A DNA stretch of 64,000 nucleotides, taken from the IMG/VR virus record IMGVR_UViG_3300048536_000072, positions 890-64,889 of that record. One strand, given 5' to 3'. The position numbers and the translations under genes were made by a program. Within the stretch, counting starts at the first letter, position 1, and every line of letters starts with the position of its first letter. Positions 9,873 to 19,830 of this stretch are shown in pieces. The DNA is from a virus (lineage: Duplodnaviria > Caudoviricetes). A model generated the notes under the pieces. It was not told where the DNA came from. It made no database searches and saw nothing but the letters and a program-made list of their open reading frames with translations.

Positions 9873-10450
9873 CTTATGGAAGGACGTGTATCGCCCTTAC
9901 CGTTCCAATGTATTGAACATCCACATTCCTCAATGATGGGGATGATCGCCTTTAAATTCTTCACACCTTCTTTGTCACCGTTAAAACAGAAAGTCGATTC
10001 GTTCTGCATCTCTGGTGGGAAACAAACAAACGAACCCTCTCTGATTAATCCTTTGGGTTCATTCTCTAGAACAGATTCTACACCGTACTTCTTGGCGACT
10101 TCTAACATGGCACCTTTTTGACCATCTTCTTCTGCCCACTGAGCTTCTTCTAACTCCTCAAAGAAATCATCTTCTCCTTCTTCAAGTAACTCAGACTGCA
10201 TAAACTCTTCGTGTACATCATACTCACAATCCTGTGAATGATTGAACAGTACCTTGGCGAGATCAACGTCTTTGTATTCTATCTTGTTACCGTCTTTATC
10301 TTCACGGATTAAGTATCCGTCTTTGTCGTACTGCGGATCAAAGTAATCAGGTACATCCATCCACGCACATGACTGACAACAGTAGTGGGCCCATCCTACG
10401 TACCATCCTTCTTCTTTGAGTCTCTCTTGTAACTTTCTAAAACCGTTCAT
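9857..10450 (-). CDS. hypothetical protein (CCQSC motif)
   Basis: 197-aa acidic ORF with GGAG SD and upstream promoter. Confidence 0.7.
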   Translation of the reverse strand: MNGFRKLQERLKEEGWYVGWAHYCCQSCAWMDVPDYFDPQYDKDGYLIREDKDGNKIEYKDVDLAKVLFNHSQDCEYDVHEEFMQSELLEEGEDDFFEELEEAQWAEEDGQKGAMLEVAKKYGVESVLENEPKGLIREGSFVCFPPEMQNESTFCFNGDKEGVKNLKAIIPIIEECGCSIHWNGKGDTRPSISWELE

Positions 10451-10461
10451 AATATACTCCC

Positions 10462-10490
10462 ATTATACCACACTTCAGTCCCAAAGTCCA
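10462..10490 (-). promoter_or_regulatory. sigma70-type promoter
   Basis: TGGACT-17nt-TATAAT with extended TG. Confidence 0.55.
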
Positions 10491-10882
10491 GTATAATATT
10501 TTCCAAATAATCGGAATCCATTCTGAATACGTTCTTGTTTCTCCTCACTAAACTCCCACTCATCGATATCATTGACCTTAGCATCAAATGCATATATCAT
10601 TTCTTTCATAATCCAATCCCATCGATCGTGTATAGAATCCTCATGATCACCTTGTAACTCAAAAGGTACATCTTCTAAATCGGTTTTGGGTGATCCATGT
10701 TTCTCCTTGGCGAGTTGTAACAACATCGGTAGAACTATCTGTGCTAACGTGTAGTCCATACTGTAAGTGTCCCACGGATCAATGTGGATCTTCTTTTTCT
10801 GGCCAGGCGCATATCCAAACCAGCGGTAAAGATATGTATGATACCATCTCCAATTTGGATATCTACCAATCTTAACCTTCAT
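10475..10882 (-). CDS. conserved hypothetical phage protein
   Basis: 135-aa ORF ending GFRLFGKYYTGLWD, recalled as a common phage hypothetical family. Confidence 0.75.
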   Translation of the reverse strand: MKVKIGRYPNWRWYHTYLYRWFGYAPGQKKKIHIDPWDTYSMDYTLAQIVLPMLLQLAKEKHGSPKTDLEDVPFELQGDHEDSIHDRWDWIMKEMIYAFDAKVNDIDEWEFSEEKQERIQNGFRLFGKYYTGLWD

Positions 10883-10885
10883 GAT

Positions 10886-10960
10886 TGGCGCCCCCGAAAG
10901 GAATCGAACCTCTAGTTGTCGGTTCGTAGCCGACTGTTTTATCCGTTAAACTACGGAGGC
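10886..10960 (-). tRNA. tRNA-Arg (anticodon ACG), CCA encoded
   Basis: Cloverleaf: acceptor GCCTCCG/CGGGGGC, anticodon arm GTCGG-CTACGAA-CCGAC, T arm AGAGG-TTCGATT-CCTTT, 3' GCCA. Confidence 0.95.
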
Positions 10961-10970
10961 GAGTAAGACT

Positions 10971-10999
10971 ATTATACACAATTGCATCCTCTTTGTCAA
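10971..10999 (-). promoter_or_regulatory. sigma70-type promoter for the tRNA
   Basis: AACGCTTGACA-17nt-TATAAT, 10 nt upstream of the tRNA 5' end. Confidence 0.85.
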
Positions 11000-11787
11000 G
11001 CGTTAATTAATTTCATTAACTCATCGACATCCTCACCCTTATTTGGTAATTTGTCTTTGAGAAAGAAGTGTACGAAATGACATTCTTCTATCTTGTCATT
11101 TGCAGTAAAGAGTCCGTTCCATTGCCAACCAAGATGTCTTGTCGGTATCCTGTATTTCTTTAAAAAGAAATTTAGTAAAGTCTGATCAGTAGACCATTTC
11201 CATGCACCCATACCATCAACAAACTCTTTAAACTCTGATCGTTGAATAAACTGTTTACCAGTTTGTCCTTTGAGATATGGTTTAAACTTCTCTACGTTGA
11301 TCAACATCATTCCCATGTTGAAGAACTCGAATCCCAGATCATTTGGTTTGAAGTCTGTTTGATTGTTGTGCAGATTTGTATACTGCATACGACTGTAATT
11401 AATAATCTTGTTTTTATACCAAGACTGAAGAGACATCTCCCTTTCACTAACAGCCGCAAATGCACAATTACAATCTAGTTCTTCAAGTATGTTCGGTGAA
11501 TCTGGTCTGATATAGATGTCCGCATCAACAATCAATAGACGGTCGTAACCATCCATCATATCGAAAGCATTCTCTTTCTCGTAGATAGGAAGATAACCCC
11601 CATACTTCATATAGGACTCTTCACTACGATTAGTAAAGAATGGATCTGGTTTTATAAACATCTTAGGTGTCGTCTGAACAAAGTGATCGAAACCATGTTT
11701 CTCACAATAATTATGTACAGACTTGATACAGTGTTTATATAACGCAGATGGTTTACCCACCGATACTTGATATACTAAAGTTTTCAT
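10996..11787 (-). CDS. GT-A glycosyltransferase
   Basis: VDADI DxD, FNMG, TDQT, HFVHF motifs. Confidence 0.75.
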   Translation of the reverse strand: MKTLVYQVSVGKPSALYKHCIKSVHNYCEKHGFDHFVQTTPKMFIKPDPFFTNRSEESYMKYGGYLPIYEKENAFDMMDGYDRLLIVDADIYIRPDSPNILEELDCNCAFAAVSEREMSLQSWYKNKIINYSRMQYTNLHNNQTDFKPNDLGFEFFNMGMMLINVEKFKPYLKGQTGKQFIQRSEFKEFVDGMGAWKWSTDQTLLNFFLKKYRIPTRHLGWQWNGLFTANDKIEECHFVHFFLKDKLPNKGEDVDELMKLINA

Positions 11788-11933
11788 TTCATCTTGATAA
11801 GTACCACTTGACCATCTTCTACAGTGACGATGTACTCATCTCCTTCTCTCAATCCTAATTTTTCCACAGTCAGTTCTTTGTCGAACACTATGCGCCCTTG
11901 GTTTACCTCTAAATGATAATCTACGAATAACAT
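11784..11933 (-). CDS. small protein, AbrB/MazE-like
   Basis: 49-aa ORF not in the track (MLFVDYHLEV...LGLREGDEYIVTVEDGQVVLIKMK); ATGA overlap with next gene. Confidence 0.5.
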   Translation of the reverse strand: MLFVDYHLEVNQGRIVFDKELTVEKLGLREGDEYIVTVEDGQVVLIKMK

Positions 11934-11935
11934 AT

Positions 11936-12934
11936 CTACTCCCTGTAGTCGTTTAAGTCGAACTCCGTTCCATGCATCTTCATTAGATCTCTTTCATGAT
12001 TTGTGTACACCAATACTTCAGGATCATCTAACAAGAAATCACAAGTCTTACAATAATCTGGATATGTCTTGTTTGTATGATCTTCCCTTAGTTTGCTGTA
12101 CTCATCTCCGAACCAGATCTCTTCAATAGTGTTTTCAGATGTATGACCTAGTACTGCATTTTCGTCCTGTCCAAGTACTTGACAACAAGGTGCAACTGCA
12201 CCACTCTTACCATCAAGTCCACCAGCACGAATTACAACGTCAGGTGAGAATGGTCGTCCACATGTTTTAGTTTCTCCCTTACGTGTATTCTGTTTTGGAT
12301 CATAGACACCAGACCAGTTGTGCATTTTCCAGATCTCAGTCTTGACTCCAAGGTCATCAACCAGATTGACATATGAATCTAACTCGTGGTCTAGGTTATC
12401 ATTATCCGTAATTAAGTGATAGGTCGCAACCGTACAATCCGATCCAGTCTCATTGACATACTCTTGCATCTCTCGTATGTTCTTACAGATCAGGTCGAAG
12501 TTACCACCTTGAGTGTTATACATCCACTCGTTGTACTTCTCTTTGTTGTATCCAATAAAAGAAAACCTATAGAAGTCTAATCCAGCGTCTACACAATCTT
12601 TCATAAACTTACCGTGCATACGGAAACCATTAGAGAACATGAAACACTTGGCTCCATACTTCTTAACGATCTTGATATATTCGGGTAGGTTTCTATTGAG
12701 TGTAGGTTCACCAGAACCTTCTAAGTTGACAACACGTAATCCATGCTTTGCACAATCTCTTACATTGTCTTCGAATTCTAGTAGATTCATTTTACGTAGG
12801 AATCTTTTGTCACGACCGCCAGTACGCATGTCTTGTGGACACATAGTACAGGAATAGTTACAACCACCGTTGATTTCTATTACCGCTCTATCTATCTTTA
12901 ATTCTGGTTCTATTTGTATAGCGTCTATCTTCAC
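11936..12934 (-). CDS. radical SAM / SPASM-domain protein
   Basis: CNYSCTMC (CxxxCxxC), GSGEP, C-terminal APCC...CKTC. Confidence 0.9.
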   Translation of the reverse strand: MKIDAIQIEPELKIDRAVIEINGGCNYSCTMCPQDMRTGGRDKRFLRKMNLLEFEDNVRDCAKHGLRVVNLEGSGEPTLNRNLPEYIKIVKKYGAKCFMFSNGFRMHGKFMKDCVDAGLDFYRFSFIGYNKEKYNEWMYNTQGGNFDLICKNIREMQEYVNETGSDCTVATYHLITDNDNLDHELDSYVNLVDDLGVKTEIWKMHNWSGVYDPKQNTRKGETKTCGRPFSPDVVIRAGGLDGKSGAVAPCCQVLGQDENAVLGHTSENTIEEIWFGDEYSKLREDHTNKTYPDYCKTCDFLLDDPEVLVYTNHERDLMKMHGTEFDLNDYRE

Positions 12935-12967
12935 GTGTTTTCTCCATTATGGTGACATTATGTATAC

Positions 12968-13606
12968 TTACGATATCTTTTTAATCCAACTAGAATCCAT
13001 AAACACTTTATCTGGTTTACCAATTGTCTCATCTACCGCCTTGACCACATCTGGCCATGCTTCAGTATCATAGTCGTGCCCTGCTATTATACCATCTTCT
13101 GTCAATAATGTCAAGGACTTGTTTATATCCTTTACAACTGAATCGTAACTATGATCGCCATCGATGTATATAAAATTGAATCTAAGGTCTCGATTGAACG
13201 ACATGAAGTCGCCATGAGAGTTACCTCTTATAGGTAGGATTTCGTTAACGTCAAAGAATCTGGTATTACGACTGAACTCATTCTTCACTACAGACCAATC
13301 AATATGATCATCTTCCCAGTCATGAATAGTAGCTCTTGTATCTCCCTTCTCCCAGACAGGATCTCCGTCCCATTTATCTAAACAAAAAATTCCGCCACGG
13401 AACAGTCCACTAGATGCAAAGATCTGAGTAGATTCTCCCATATAAGAACCTATCTCTAACATCGTCCAGAGTTGACAACTTACGTCTTGTTCGTTTCCCT
13501 TTTTATAAGTATTATAAACATAGAGCAACATATCCATCAATCCCATGTAGTGTTGATTGATTATACCAGAGGATTGTTTATGTTTGTATCGCATGTAAGA
13601 CATCAT
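12968..13606 (-). CDS. class I SAM-dependent methyltransferase (Methyltransf_24)
   Basis: LEIGSYMGES, FIYIDGDHSY, GIIAGHDY. Confidence 0.85.
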   Translation of the reverse strand: MMSYMRYKHKQSSGIINQHYMGLMDMLLYVYNTYKKGNEQDVSCQLWTMLEIGSYMGESTQIFASSGLFRGGIFCLDKWDGDPVWEKGDTRATIHDWEDDHIDWSVVKNEFSRNTRFFDVNEILPIRGNSHGDFMSFNRDLRFNFIYIDGDHSYDSVVKDINKSLTLLTEDGIIAGHDYDTEAWPDVVKAVDETIGKPDKVFMDSSWIKKIS

Positions 13607-14451
13607 TCTTCAAACTCTTGACTAAGGTATATCTCGTATTTTTCTCTTTGTCTTACTGCTTTCTGTTTGGACTCACCTATCACCTCATGTAACACAGTAA
13701 ACAATCTCTTAACACTGTTCACCTTATCTGGATTATGAGATATCTTTACTGCATCGGGTGTATTGTAAGTAGTGATACCTTCTTCACTTACCACTATCAT
13801 AGGCTTACATAAGTTTCTTCCTAAATAATGCCACATACCATCGTAACATATGATCTGTCTACATGTGGCAATATGGAACATCGCTTCACTGACAGGTGTT
13901 CTGTAGGTAAGTTCACATACATGTAATCCCGCTCGGCGGAGTTTAGCAATTATACCATCCCAAACATCATTTGTCAAGAGCCTTTTCCAAGTTCTTGGTT
14001 CTTCTGCGTTAAACAGTGGTCTCCATATAACAACCTTCTTTGGGTTGTACATAGGATGGTCTAGACTGTCACGAAAGAATGGCCATTCGTTGTCAGGTAC
14101 TTTACCGCCTGGTTTGTCAGTATAACAGTTATCACTAAAGGTGAATCGGTTCTTGTTTCTTTTGTGACGTTTGTCGTAGTCGTTGTAGTAGTACCTACCA
14201 GATGTCTGATTGAACAGATGGGATACTTTGACTCTTTTGTGTTGATGGTAGAACTTATGGATAAAATCCATTCTTTCTATGATGGTCTCTTCTTCTTCGA
14301 AGTGATGTAAATGATCAGGCCCATGTTCCCAGTGCATTTCAAGATTCACTTTTACATTGAGTCTAAAGGCATGTAGGTGACAGGCGTTTAACGCCATCAT
14401 GAAATCACCTACGCCCCATGTACCACGCCATGTTACATCGACTGTTTCCAT
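13603..14451 (-). CDS. hypothetical protein, possible GT-B (GT9-like) glycosyltransferase
   Basis: GVGD N-terminal motif and YDGMWHYLG resembling GT9 DSGxxHLA. Confidence 0.45.
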   Translation of the reverse strand: METVDVTWRGTWGVGDFMMALNACHLHAFRLNVKVNLEMHWEHGPDHLHHFEEEETIIERMDFIHKFYHQHKRVKVSHLFNQTSGRYYYNDYDKRHKRNKNRFTFSDNCYTDKPGGKVPDNEWPFFRDSLDHPMYNPKKVVIWRPLFNAEEPRTWKRLLTNDVWDGIIAKLRRAGLHVCELTYRTPVSEAMFHIATCRQIICYDGMWHYLGRNLCKPMIVVSEEGITTYNTPDAVKISHNPDKVNSVKRLFTVLHEVIGESKQKAVRQREKYEIYLSQEFEE

Positions 14452-14841
14452 TTATTTGCCTGAGAACGCTTTTCCTGCTTCTGCAATACCAAATGAACCT
14501 AGCGTCACAACAACAAATGATGTGTAAATTGTATCAGATATCTCTAAAGGTGTACCGTCCATTGCGGTGATCAAATCAAAAATACCGAATGCGACCATCA
14601 TAAGAAATGATGCGAATCCAATAATTGATTTCTCATTGATATCATTCTCGTCTCGGAACAGTGACCAGAAACCTTTTGGTTTTGGTTTTGCGGCCGCTGT
14701 TACGACTTGTAGTTCTTTAGAGAGTTTTTCCATCTCTCTAATTTTATCTTGTGCTTCATCCACCTTGAGAACTAACTCAGTGTACTTCTCTAAGTCAACT
14801 GTTGCTTGTCCTACTGGTGTATCTACGGTTTCTTTTGCCAT
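14452..14841 (-). CDS. membrane protein (coiled coil plus 2 TM segments)
   Basis: AGGAG SD; two hydrophobic segments in the C-terminal half. Confidence 0.65.
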   Translation of the reverse strand: MAKETVDTPVGQATVDLEKYTELVLKVDEAQDKIREMEKLSKELQVVTAAAKPKPKGFWSLFRDENDINEKSIIGFASFLMMVAFGIFDLITAMDGTPLEISDTIYTSFVVVTLGSFGIAEAGKAFSGK

Positions 14842-14852
14842 ACCGTTTCTCC

Positions 14853-16313
14853 TTAAAAAACTTTAACTTTATATTTTTGTTCCCACAACCTAGCGTCATG
14901 TATATCATTGACCATAGGTCGCCCCCTAATGTTTAGACTAGTATTTAGTAACATAGGAACTCCTGTTCTTTCATAATACTCTTCTATAACTTTTCGGAAT
15001 ATAGATTGACAATCTTTCTTAACTATCTGTACTCGTGCAGTTCCGTCTACGTGTGTCACAGATGTATAGTCATGTAGTGCCTTAGATGTATATTGCATAT
15101 ACTCATTCATAGGGCCTGAGAAGTATTGATCTGCATACTCTTCTAGAATGGCAGGTGCAAAAGGTCTGTATTGTTGTCTACGTTTAATATCGTTGACTGT
15201 GTCTTTTACGTCATACCTAACATCTGCAATCAAAGATCGGTTACCTAGCGCACGAGGGCCAAACTCCGCCCTACCGTTCGCCAGACCGCATACCTTCTTG
15301 TCTAAGAGGTGATCGACTACTTCTCTAGGGTTAACCTCTCTATCAATGTTGTAACCAAGATATGGAGACCATTTTAATTTCTTTCCTCCAGTCTCTTTTG
15401 CCCAATGATAGGCGGCACAACCAAGAGACGATCCAGCGTCTGTGGGTGAAACTGAAATGTGTACTTCATCGAATAGATCTGGTAGTCTTGTATTGATAAC
15501 AACATTCTGAGCACAACCACCAGAGTAAACAAGTTTGTTACCGTGTTTACGTGCCTCTCTCATTATGTCCATGATTGCCCAATCCGCAAATGACTGTACG
15601 GTAGCAGCTATGTCTTCGTGAGAAATTCTTGTTCGAGCATGTTTGAGTTCTGCTATCAAGTCGGAGATCTTTACGCCTCCCCAACCTTTTTGATAGTCAA
15701 TGATGATACCTTCCTCTATGTCTGGATTTATGTCAGGTAGATTACTGTACCAATTAATCAACCATTGTAGTAATTGGTCTTCAGGTATACCATAAGAACT
15801 TAAACCCATAACAACATACTCGTCTTCGAGAGCTCGTAGTCCAAGTGCTTTAGTACATTGTGTATAGACTAATCCAACAGACTTAGGATAAGTCCATTCT
15901 TTGATTATATTGAAATTGTGATCTAGGATTACTGCCGTTTGATGTTCTCCCACACCGTCAATAGAAACCATGACAGTTGATTCGCAGTCGTCCCAAGGAC
16001 GTGTATAGAATGCGCCTGCACAATGTGAGATATGATGTCCCACATATTGATCGACTTTAGGTACTACGATATCCGATTCTTCGATGACCGGCAGGGGTTT
16101 TCGTAACTTTTGTTTTAGTTCAGAATCTTCGTAGAATGATAATTTATCGGTAGGTTTTTTGTACGCCCACAAAGAGTCGGGAATGATTAGATCATTCTTC
16201 CGACCACTAAATCTTTCTGCATGTGAAGCAAACTCTACCGTACCATCTTCGTTGATGATCGATAAGGCCGCATCGTGATACCAATGTGAGTATCCAGTAT
16301 AACGTTGAGACAA
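14853..16313 (-). CDS. carbamoyltransferase (NodU/CmcH family)
   Basis: HDAA, HHISH, DGVGE, SGGCAQN, EFGPRALGNRS, RPFAP, LLNTSLN. Confidence 0.92.
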   Translation of the reverse strand: MSQRYTGYSHWYHDAALSIINEDGTVEFASHAERFSGRKNDLIIPDSLWAYKKPTDKLSFYEDSELKQKLRKPLPVIEESDIVVPKVDQYVGHHISHCAGAFYTRPWDDCESTVMVSIDGVGEHQTAVILDHNFNIIKEWTYPKSVGLVYTQCTKALGLRALEDEYVVMGLSSYGIPEDQLLQWLINWYSNLPDINPDIEEGIIIDYQKGWGGVKISDLIAELKHARTRISHEDIAATVQSFADWAIMDIMREARKHGNKLVYSGGCAQNVVINTRLPDLFDEVHISVSPTDAGSSLGCAAYHWAKETGGKKLKWSPYLGYNIDREVNPREVVDHLLDKKVCGLANGRAEFGPRALGNRSLIADVRYDVKDTVNDIKRRQQYRPFAPAILEEYADQYFSGPMNEYMQYTSKALHDYTSVTHVDGTARVQIVKKDCQSIFRKVIEEYYERTGVPMLLNTSLNIRGRPMVNDIHDARLWEQKYKVKVF

Positions 16314-16892
16314 TTAGCCCTCCAAGTATTCGTAGACCTCCTTCCAGTTCTTCATTAGAGGGAAATCTGTGTTGTCCATGTTGTAACCATGTTCTATCAG
16401 TATACTATCTAGACCAAACTTATCTCCTGTTTCTGCGTTCTCAACTTTGTCTTCAACCCAGAGGAAACCACTGTCTGCGTATTCAAGTAACGCATCGTCC
16501 TTGTCAGCACCAGTGTCGAGACATACAACCTTCGCAAAGGCAGTCTCACCGAATAACTTCGCAAGGTTTTGTTCTCTCAACTTGGCCGCATGGGGATCAA
16601 GACTTAAACTAGTAATTGCATGAAAGACATAACCATGCTCTTCGTGCAACTTTCTGACATAATGTATCGCATCTCTTAGAGGCGGAAGGAAACCAATATG
16701 AGCACTCTCGTTGAAGTGTCTCACTAGTTTTTTAGAATCTGCTCTTTCGATATCAAACATCTTTGCGACATTATAAACATCTTCTTTGATGTGATGACCT
16801 CTCTCGGCCATCCACACTTTGAATGCATAACCCCAGTTCAGAAGTACGCCATCCACGTCAGTCAAAATTATTTTTTCAAAATCGTTTCTCAT
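16314..16892 (-). CDS. HAD-family phosphatase (T4 gp30.2-like)
   Basis: ILTDVDGVL (DxD) motif I and WVEDK motif. Confidence 0.75.
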   Translation of the reverse strand: MRNDFEKIILTDVDGVLLNWGYAFKVWMAERGHHIKEDVYNVAKMFDIERADSKKLVRHFNESAHIGFLPPLRDAIHYVRKLHEEHGYVFHAITSLSLDPHAAKLREQNLAKLFGETAFAKVVCLDTGADKDDALLEYADSGFLWVEDKVENAETGDKFGLDSILIEHGYNMDNTDFPLMKNWKEVYEYLEG

Positions 16893-16911
16893 AAATCTCC
16901 TTAGTCAACTG

Positions 16912-17379
16912 TTATATAATACTACATTCGGCAGGATTTGTCAAGCGTTTTTCAAGAAAATCTGCGATGTTACGTAGTGTGTTGACGTTCTCTTTTGCCC
17001 TTGCAATGACGGTATTACAGTCATCACAGATATAACCACGAAACTCTCCAGTGTCGTGATCGTGATCTGGAATAAAACACGTCTTCTTTTTAGTGTTTAT
17101 CCATGATCCTGTTTTAAAGATCTCTTCTTGAGATCGGTTACAATGTGGACATCTGTATGTTTTCAAATCAGGTAACGGATGATACTTCTTGATCTTATCA
17201 AGTTTCTTTCTCTGTTCCGTTCTACACTGATTACAATCATTACGTTGTTCGGTTTGTGTACCGTTCTTACCATATGATCTAAAACCAAAGTTATCAAGTG
17301 ACTTATGTTCTCCACACTTAATACACTTCCTCAAATTAGTTGGTTCTGGTTCTCCCAGAAACTCACATAGATTGTTCAT
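16912..17379 (-). CDS. endonuclease VII-family HNH nuclease (putative homing endonuclease)
   Basis: CxxC zinc fingers plus DHDHDTGEFRGYICDDCN. Confidence 0.8.
   Translation of the reverse strand: MNNLCEFLGEPEPTNLRKCIKCGEHKSLDNFGFRSYGKNGTQTEQRNDCNQCRTEQRKKLDKIKKYHPLPDLKTYRCPHCNRSQEEIFKTGSWINTKKKTCFIPDHDHDTGEFRGYICDDCNTVIARAKENVNTLRNIADFLEKRLTNPAECSII
16916..16944 (-). promoter_or_regulatory. sigma70-type promoter
   Basis: AAACGCTTGACA-17nt-TATTAT within the 3' end of the HNH gene. Confidence 0.75.
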
Positions 17380-18386
17380 TCAAATGACTCTCTCGCATCT
17401 TTACGTGTTTGTACCACCATTCTGTTCTTCCAGAATAAATGTGGTATCTTTCTATTTGGATGATCTTTGTATTTTGTTACTAGATCAAACTCTCCCTCAT
17501 GTGCCATAGATAGCATGATTCTTTTGTTAAATCCTCCCCAACAAAAGTGGGGAAACTTAATTCTTTTTGTTTCTTGTGGAACATACTCATCCAAGTAAAA
17601 CGTTGGGATATCCATCCAAGAGGGATCTATTATCTCCCAGTCGATAGTACTGTCAACTATGTTGGCACTAATATAACACTCATCATAGTTTAAAGGATTC
17701 ATTCGTTTTGATTTGTTTCTGGATAGATTACCTTCGTACAACCACTCCCTCCACGAAATAAACTGTTCTCTGGCCTTTAATCTACCGTTACGTGTGAATA
17801 CATTCAATCCACCTTGAAAGTGTAGTCTCCCAGAATCTACTCTAGAACCGTTTTGACCTTTATGTAAATGACGAAGTTGTATTCCATGTTTTGCATACTT
17901 TTCTACATACTCAGTCAATACATCAACGCTTTGATCCCACGATGGTGGTAGAGATTGTTCATCAGGTAATGCTCTTTTATTACGTGAGACGTGCCAATCT
18001 GATTCACTCACACCATAGTAATCCGCATTGGATGCTTTGAATATGTCCTGTGTCGTATTCGCAACCATGTCTATATCCACAACACATATCTTGTCGTACA
18101 CATCGTACTTAGGATCAAAGATTATTTTTAACCACTCATAGTTGACCGCAAAGTTATGTTGCATCCATTTTCTGGTGTATGAGTGATCGGTGTCTAGAAC
18201 ATATTCCGCACCGATAAGATCTGCGTATTTTGAAAACGATTCTTGACTGACTAAAACTATATCGTTGTAGATATCAGATATGGACTTAACATCTGGGCCA
18301 TATTCTTGTAATAATATTTCTGGTTCTGCTTGTTCTTCATTTTCTAGATTATGATAGAACTGGTAGATTAGGTTTTTCATTACCAA
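17376..18386 (-). CDS. GT-A glycosyltransferase
   Basis: MKNLIYQF start, VDIDM DxD; paralogue of neighbour. Confidence 0.6.
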   Translation of the reverse strand: MVMKNLIYQFYHNLENEEQAEPEILLQEYGPDVKSISDIYNDIVLVSQESFSKYADLIGAEYVLDTDHSYTRKWMQHNFAVNYEWLKIIFDPKYDVYDKICVVDIDMVANTTQDIFKASNADYYGVSESDWHVSRNKRALPDEQSLPPSWDQSVDVLTEYVEKYAKHGIQLRHLHKGQNGSRVDSGRLHFQGGLNVFTRNGRLKAREQFISWREWLYEGNLSRNKSKRMNPLNYDECYISANIVDSTIDWEIIDPSWMDIPTFYLDEYVPQETKRIKFPHFCWGGFNKRIMLSMAHEGEFDLVTKYKDHPNRKIPHLFWKNRMVVQTRKDARESFE

Positions 18387-19264
18387 CCTTCATTAAATAT
18401 AGGGAACTTACCTTTATGGTAAAGATCGACCATCTCCGCTTTTTGTTCACCGCCAGTATAATGTAGGAATTTACACTTACCTTCATCAATCCATTTCTGC
18501 GGTTCTCTATAGTGTGTGGGTGTATCATTCCAAGACTGATCGACCGACTCTAAATCAAAGTCATACTTCATCAACTGAGAAGAGATGAATGGTTGATCGT
18601 TTAGAATAGACATGTGGTGGACTTTGTTATTAGGATTAACAGATTTAGGATAACACCATGCTTCCCAACTATCAAATAGTTTACGTGCTTTTAGTCGTGC
18701 TTCCTTAGTCCAGACAACTACTCCAGTATTCAGGATAGTTAGTTTAGATTCGAAGTTTTTACCTATACCAAAGGATGGTATTAAAGGACAGTCATGCATG
18801 TTATACTTTTCAATGTAACTTTGCATTACCTTGGGATCATAATCCCATGCGTTATAACCACCCTCTACTTCAGTTCGAATGTCGCTCTCCAATACTCCAT
18901 ATACTTCAGCATCGGATATCTCGAATATATTCTCTTTGGTATTTACTACAATGTCTGTGTCTGCAAACAACACTTTGTCAAATTGATCAAAGTAAGGATC
19001 GTAGATAACCCTCAGACATTCATATAAGGTAGATGTAGAACAACCGTGTCCTTTAGTAAACACTCGTTCATCCGAGTACATATGTTTACAACCAATTTCT
19101 TCAGCGTATTTTTCAAACGACTCTGTTGAGATGTCGGCCATCTCTAGGTAAAGATCAGATCTTCTTCTCCCTTGAATATCGCCTCTTTTGTCTACCTCGT
19201 CATTGACGATGAGGTATTGAAATATTATGTTGTTCATCATATGTCCTTTTGTCACTTTCAACAA
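18380..19264 (-). CDS. GT-A glycosyltransferase
   Basis: FADTD, LNTGV, NDQP, FLHY; true start probably MMNNIIFQY. Confidence 0.7.
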   Translation of the reverse strand: MLKVTKGHMMNNIIFQYLIVNDEVDKRGDIQGRRRSDLYLEMADISTESFEKYAEEIGCKHMYSDERVFTKGHGCSTSTLYECLRVIYDPYFDQFDKVLFADTDIVVNTKENIFEISDAEVYGVLESDIRTEVEGGYNAWDYDPKVMQSYIEKYNMHDCPLIPSFGIGKNFESKLTILNTGVVVWTKEARLKARKLFDSWEAWCYPKSVNPNNKVHHMSILNDQPFISSQLMKYDFDLESVDQSWNDTPTHYREPQKWIDEGKCKFLHYTGGEQKAEMVDLYHKGKFPIFNEGW

Positions 19265-19368
19265 ACTTGAGTTTCTTGGTATATCCGTTAACCGTCATTT
19301 GTTTATGTTTGTTTCTTTTTTTGTTTCGATTGTCGTGACGAGAATACTTCGCCATGGCATTTTCCTTA

Positions 19369-19830
19369 CTATCCTAACCCCAGTTCATACACAGTCTTGC
19401 CGTTTTTCTTAGTGGCAGTCATTGTGCGGTTCCTGTTGGTATCTGGATCAACATAGGATACGTGAATCCAACCACTGTCAGGAATACCTTTTGTATGAAA
19501 CTCTAGGATTAACTGATCGAAGTTTAGATTGTCACGGATCCATTCTGCGACTTCAACATTACTCACGCCAGGCACTTCAATGTCAGCCGCCTGTCCTTTA
19601 CAATGTTGAGACCGTGAAGATCCACCAACTGCTTTATTCAATTCAGGGCCTCTATAACCAGAGTTGATTACAGTGATACCGAAATGATCACGTACTGGTT
19701 GAACAACGTATTCAAAAAGAAGTTCCGCTGCCTCCATATGCTCATCATTAGGGATATTGTCTAAACCCAAACGAGTTGCAGTTTGTGATTTGGTAAACTC
19801 TTGTAGAGTAAAATTCTTAGATAATCTCAT
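19369..19830 (-). CDS. peptidase M15 family endolysin
   Basis: SGYR, SQHCKGQAAD, WIHVS motifs. Confidence 0.9.
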   Translation of the reverse strand: MRLSKNFTLQEFTKSQTATRLGLDNIPNDEHMEAAELLFEYVVQPVRDHFGITVINSGYRGPELNKAVGGSSRSQHCKGQAADIEVPGVSNVEVAEWIRDNLNFDQLILEFHTKGIPDSGWIHVSYVDPDTNRNRTMTATKKNGKTVYELGLG

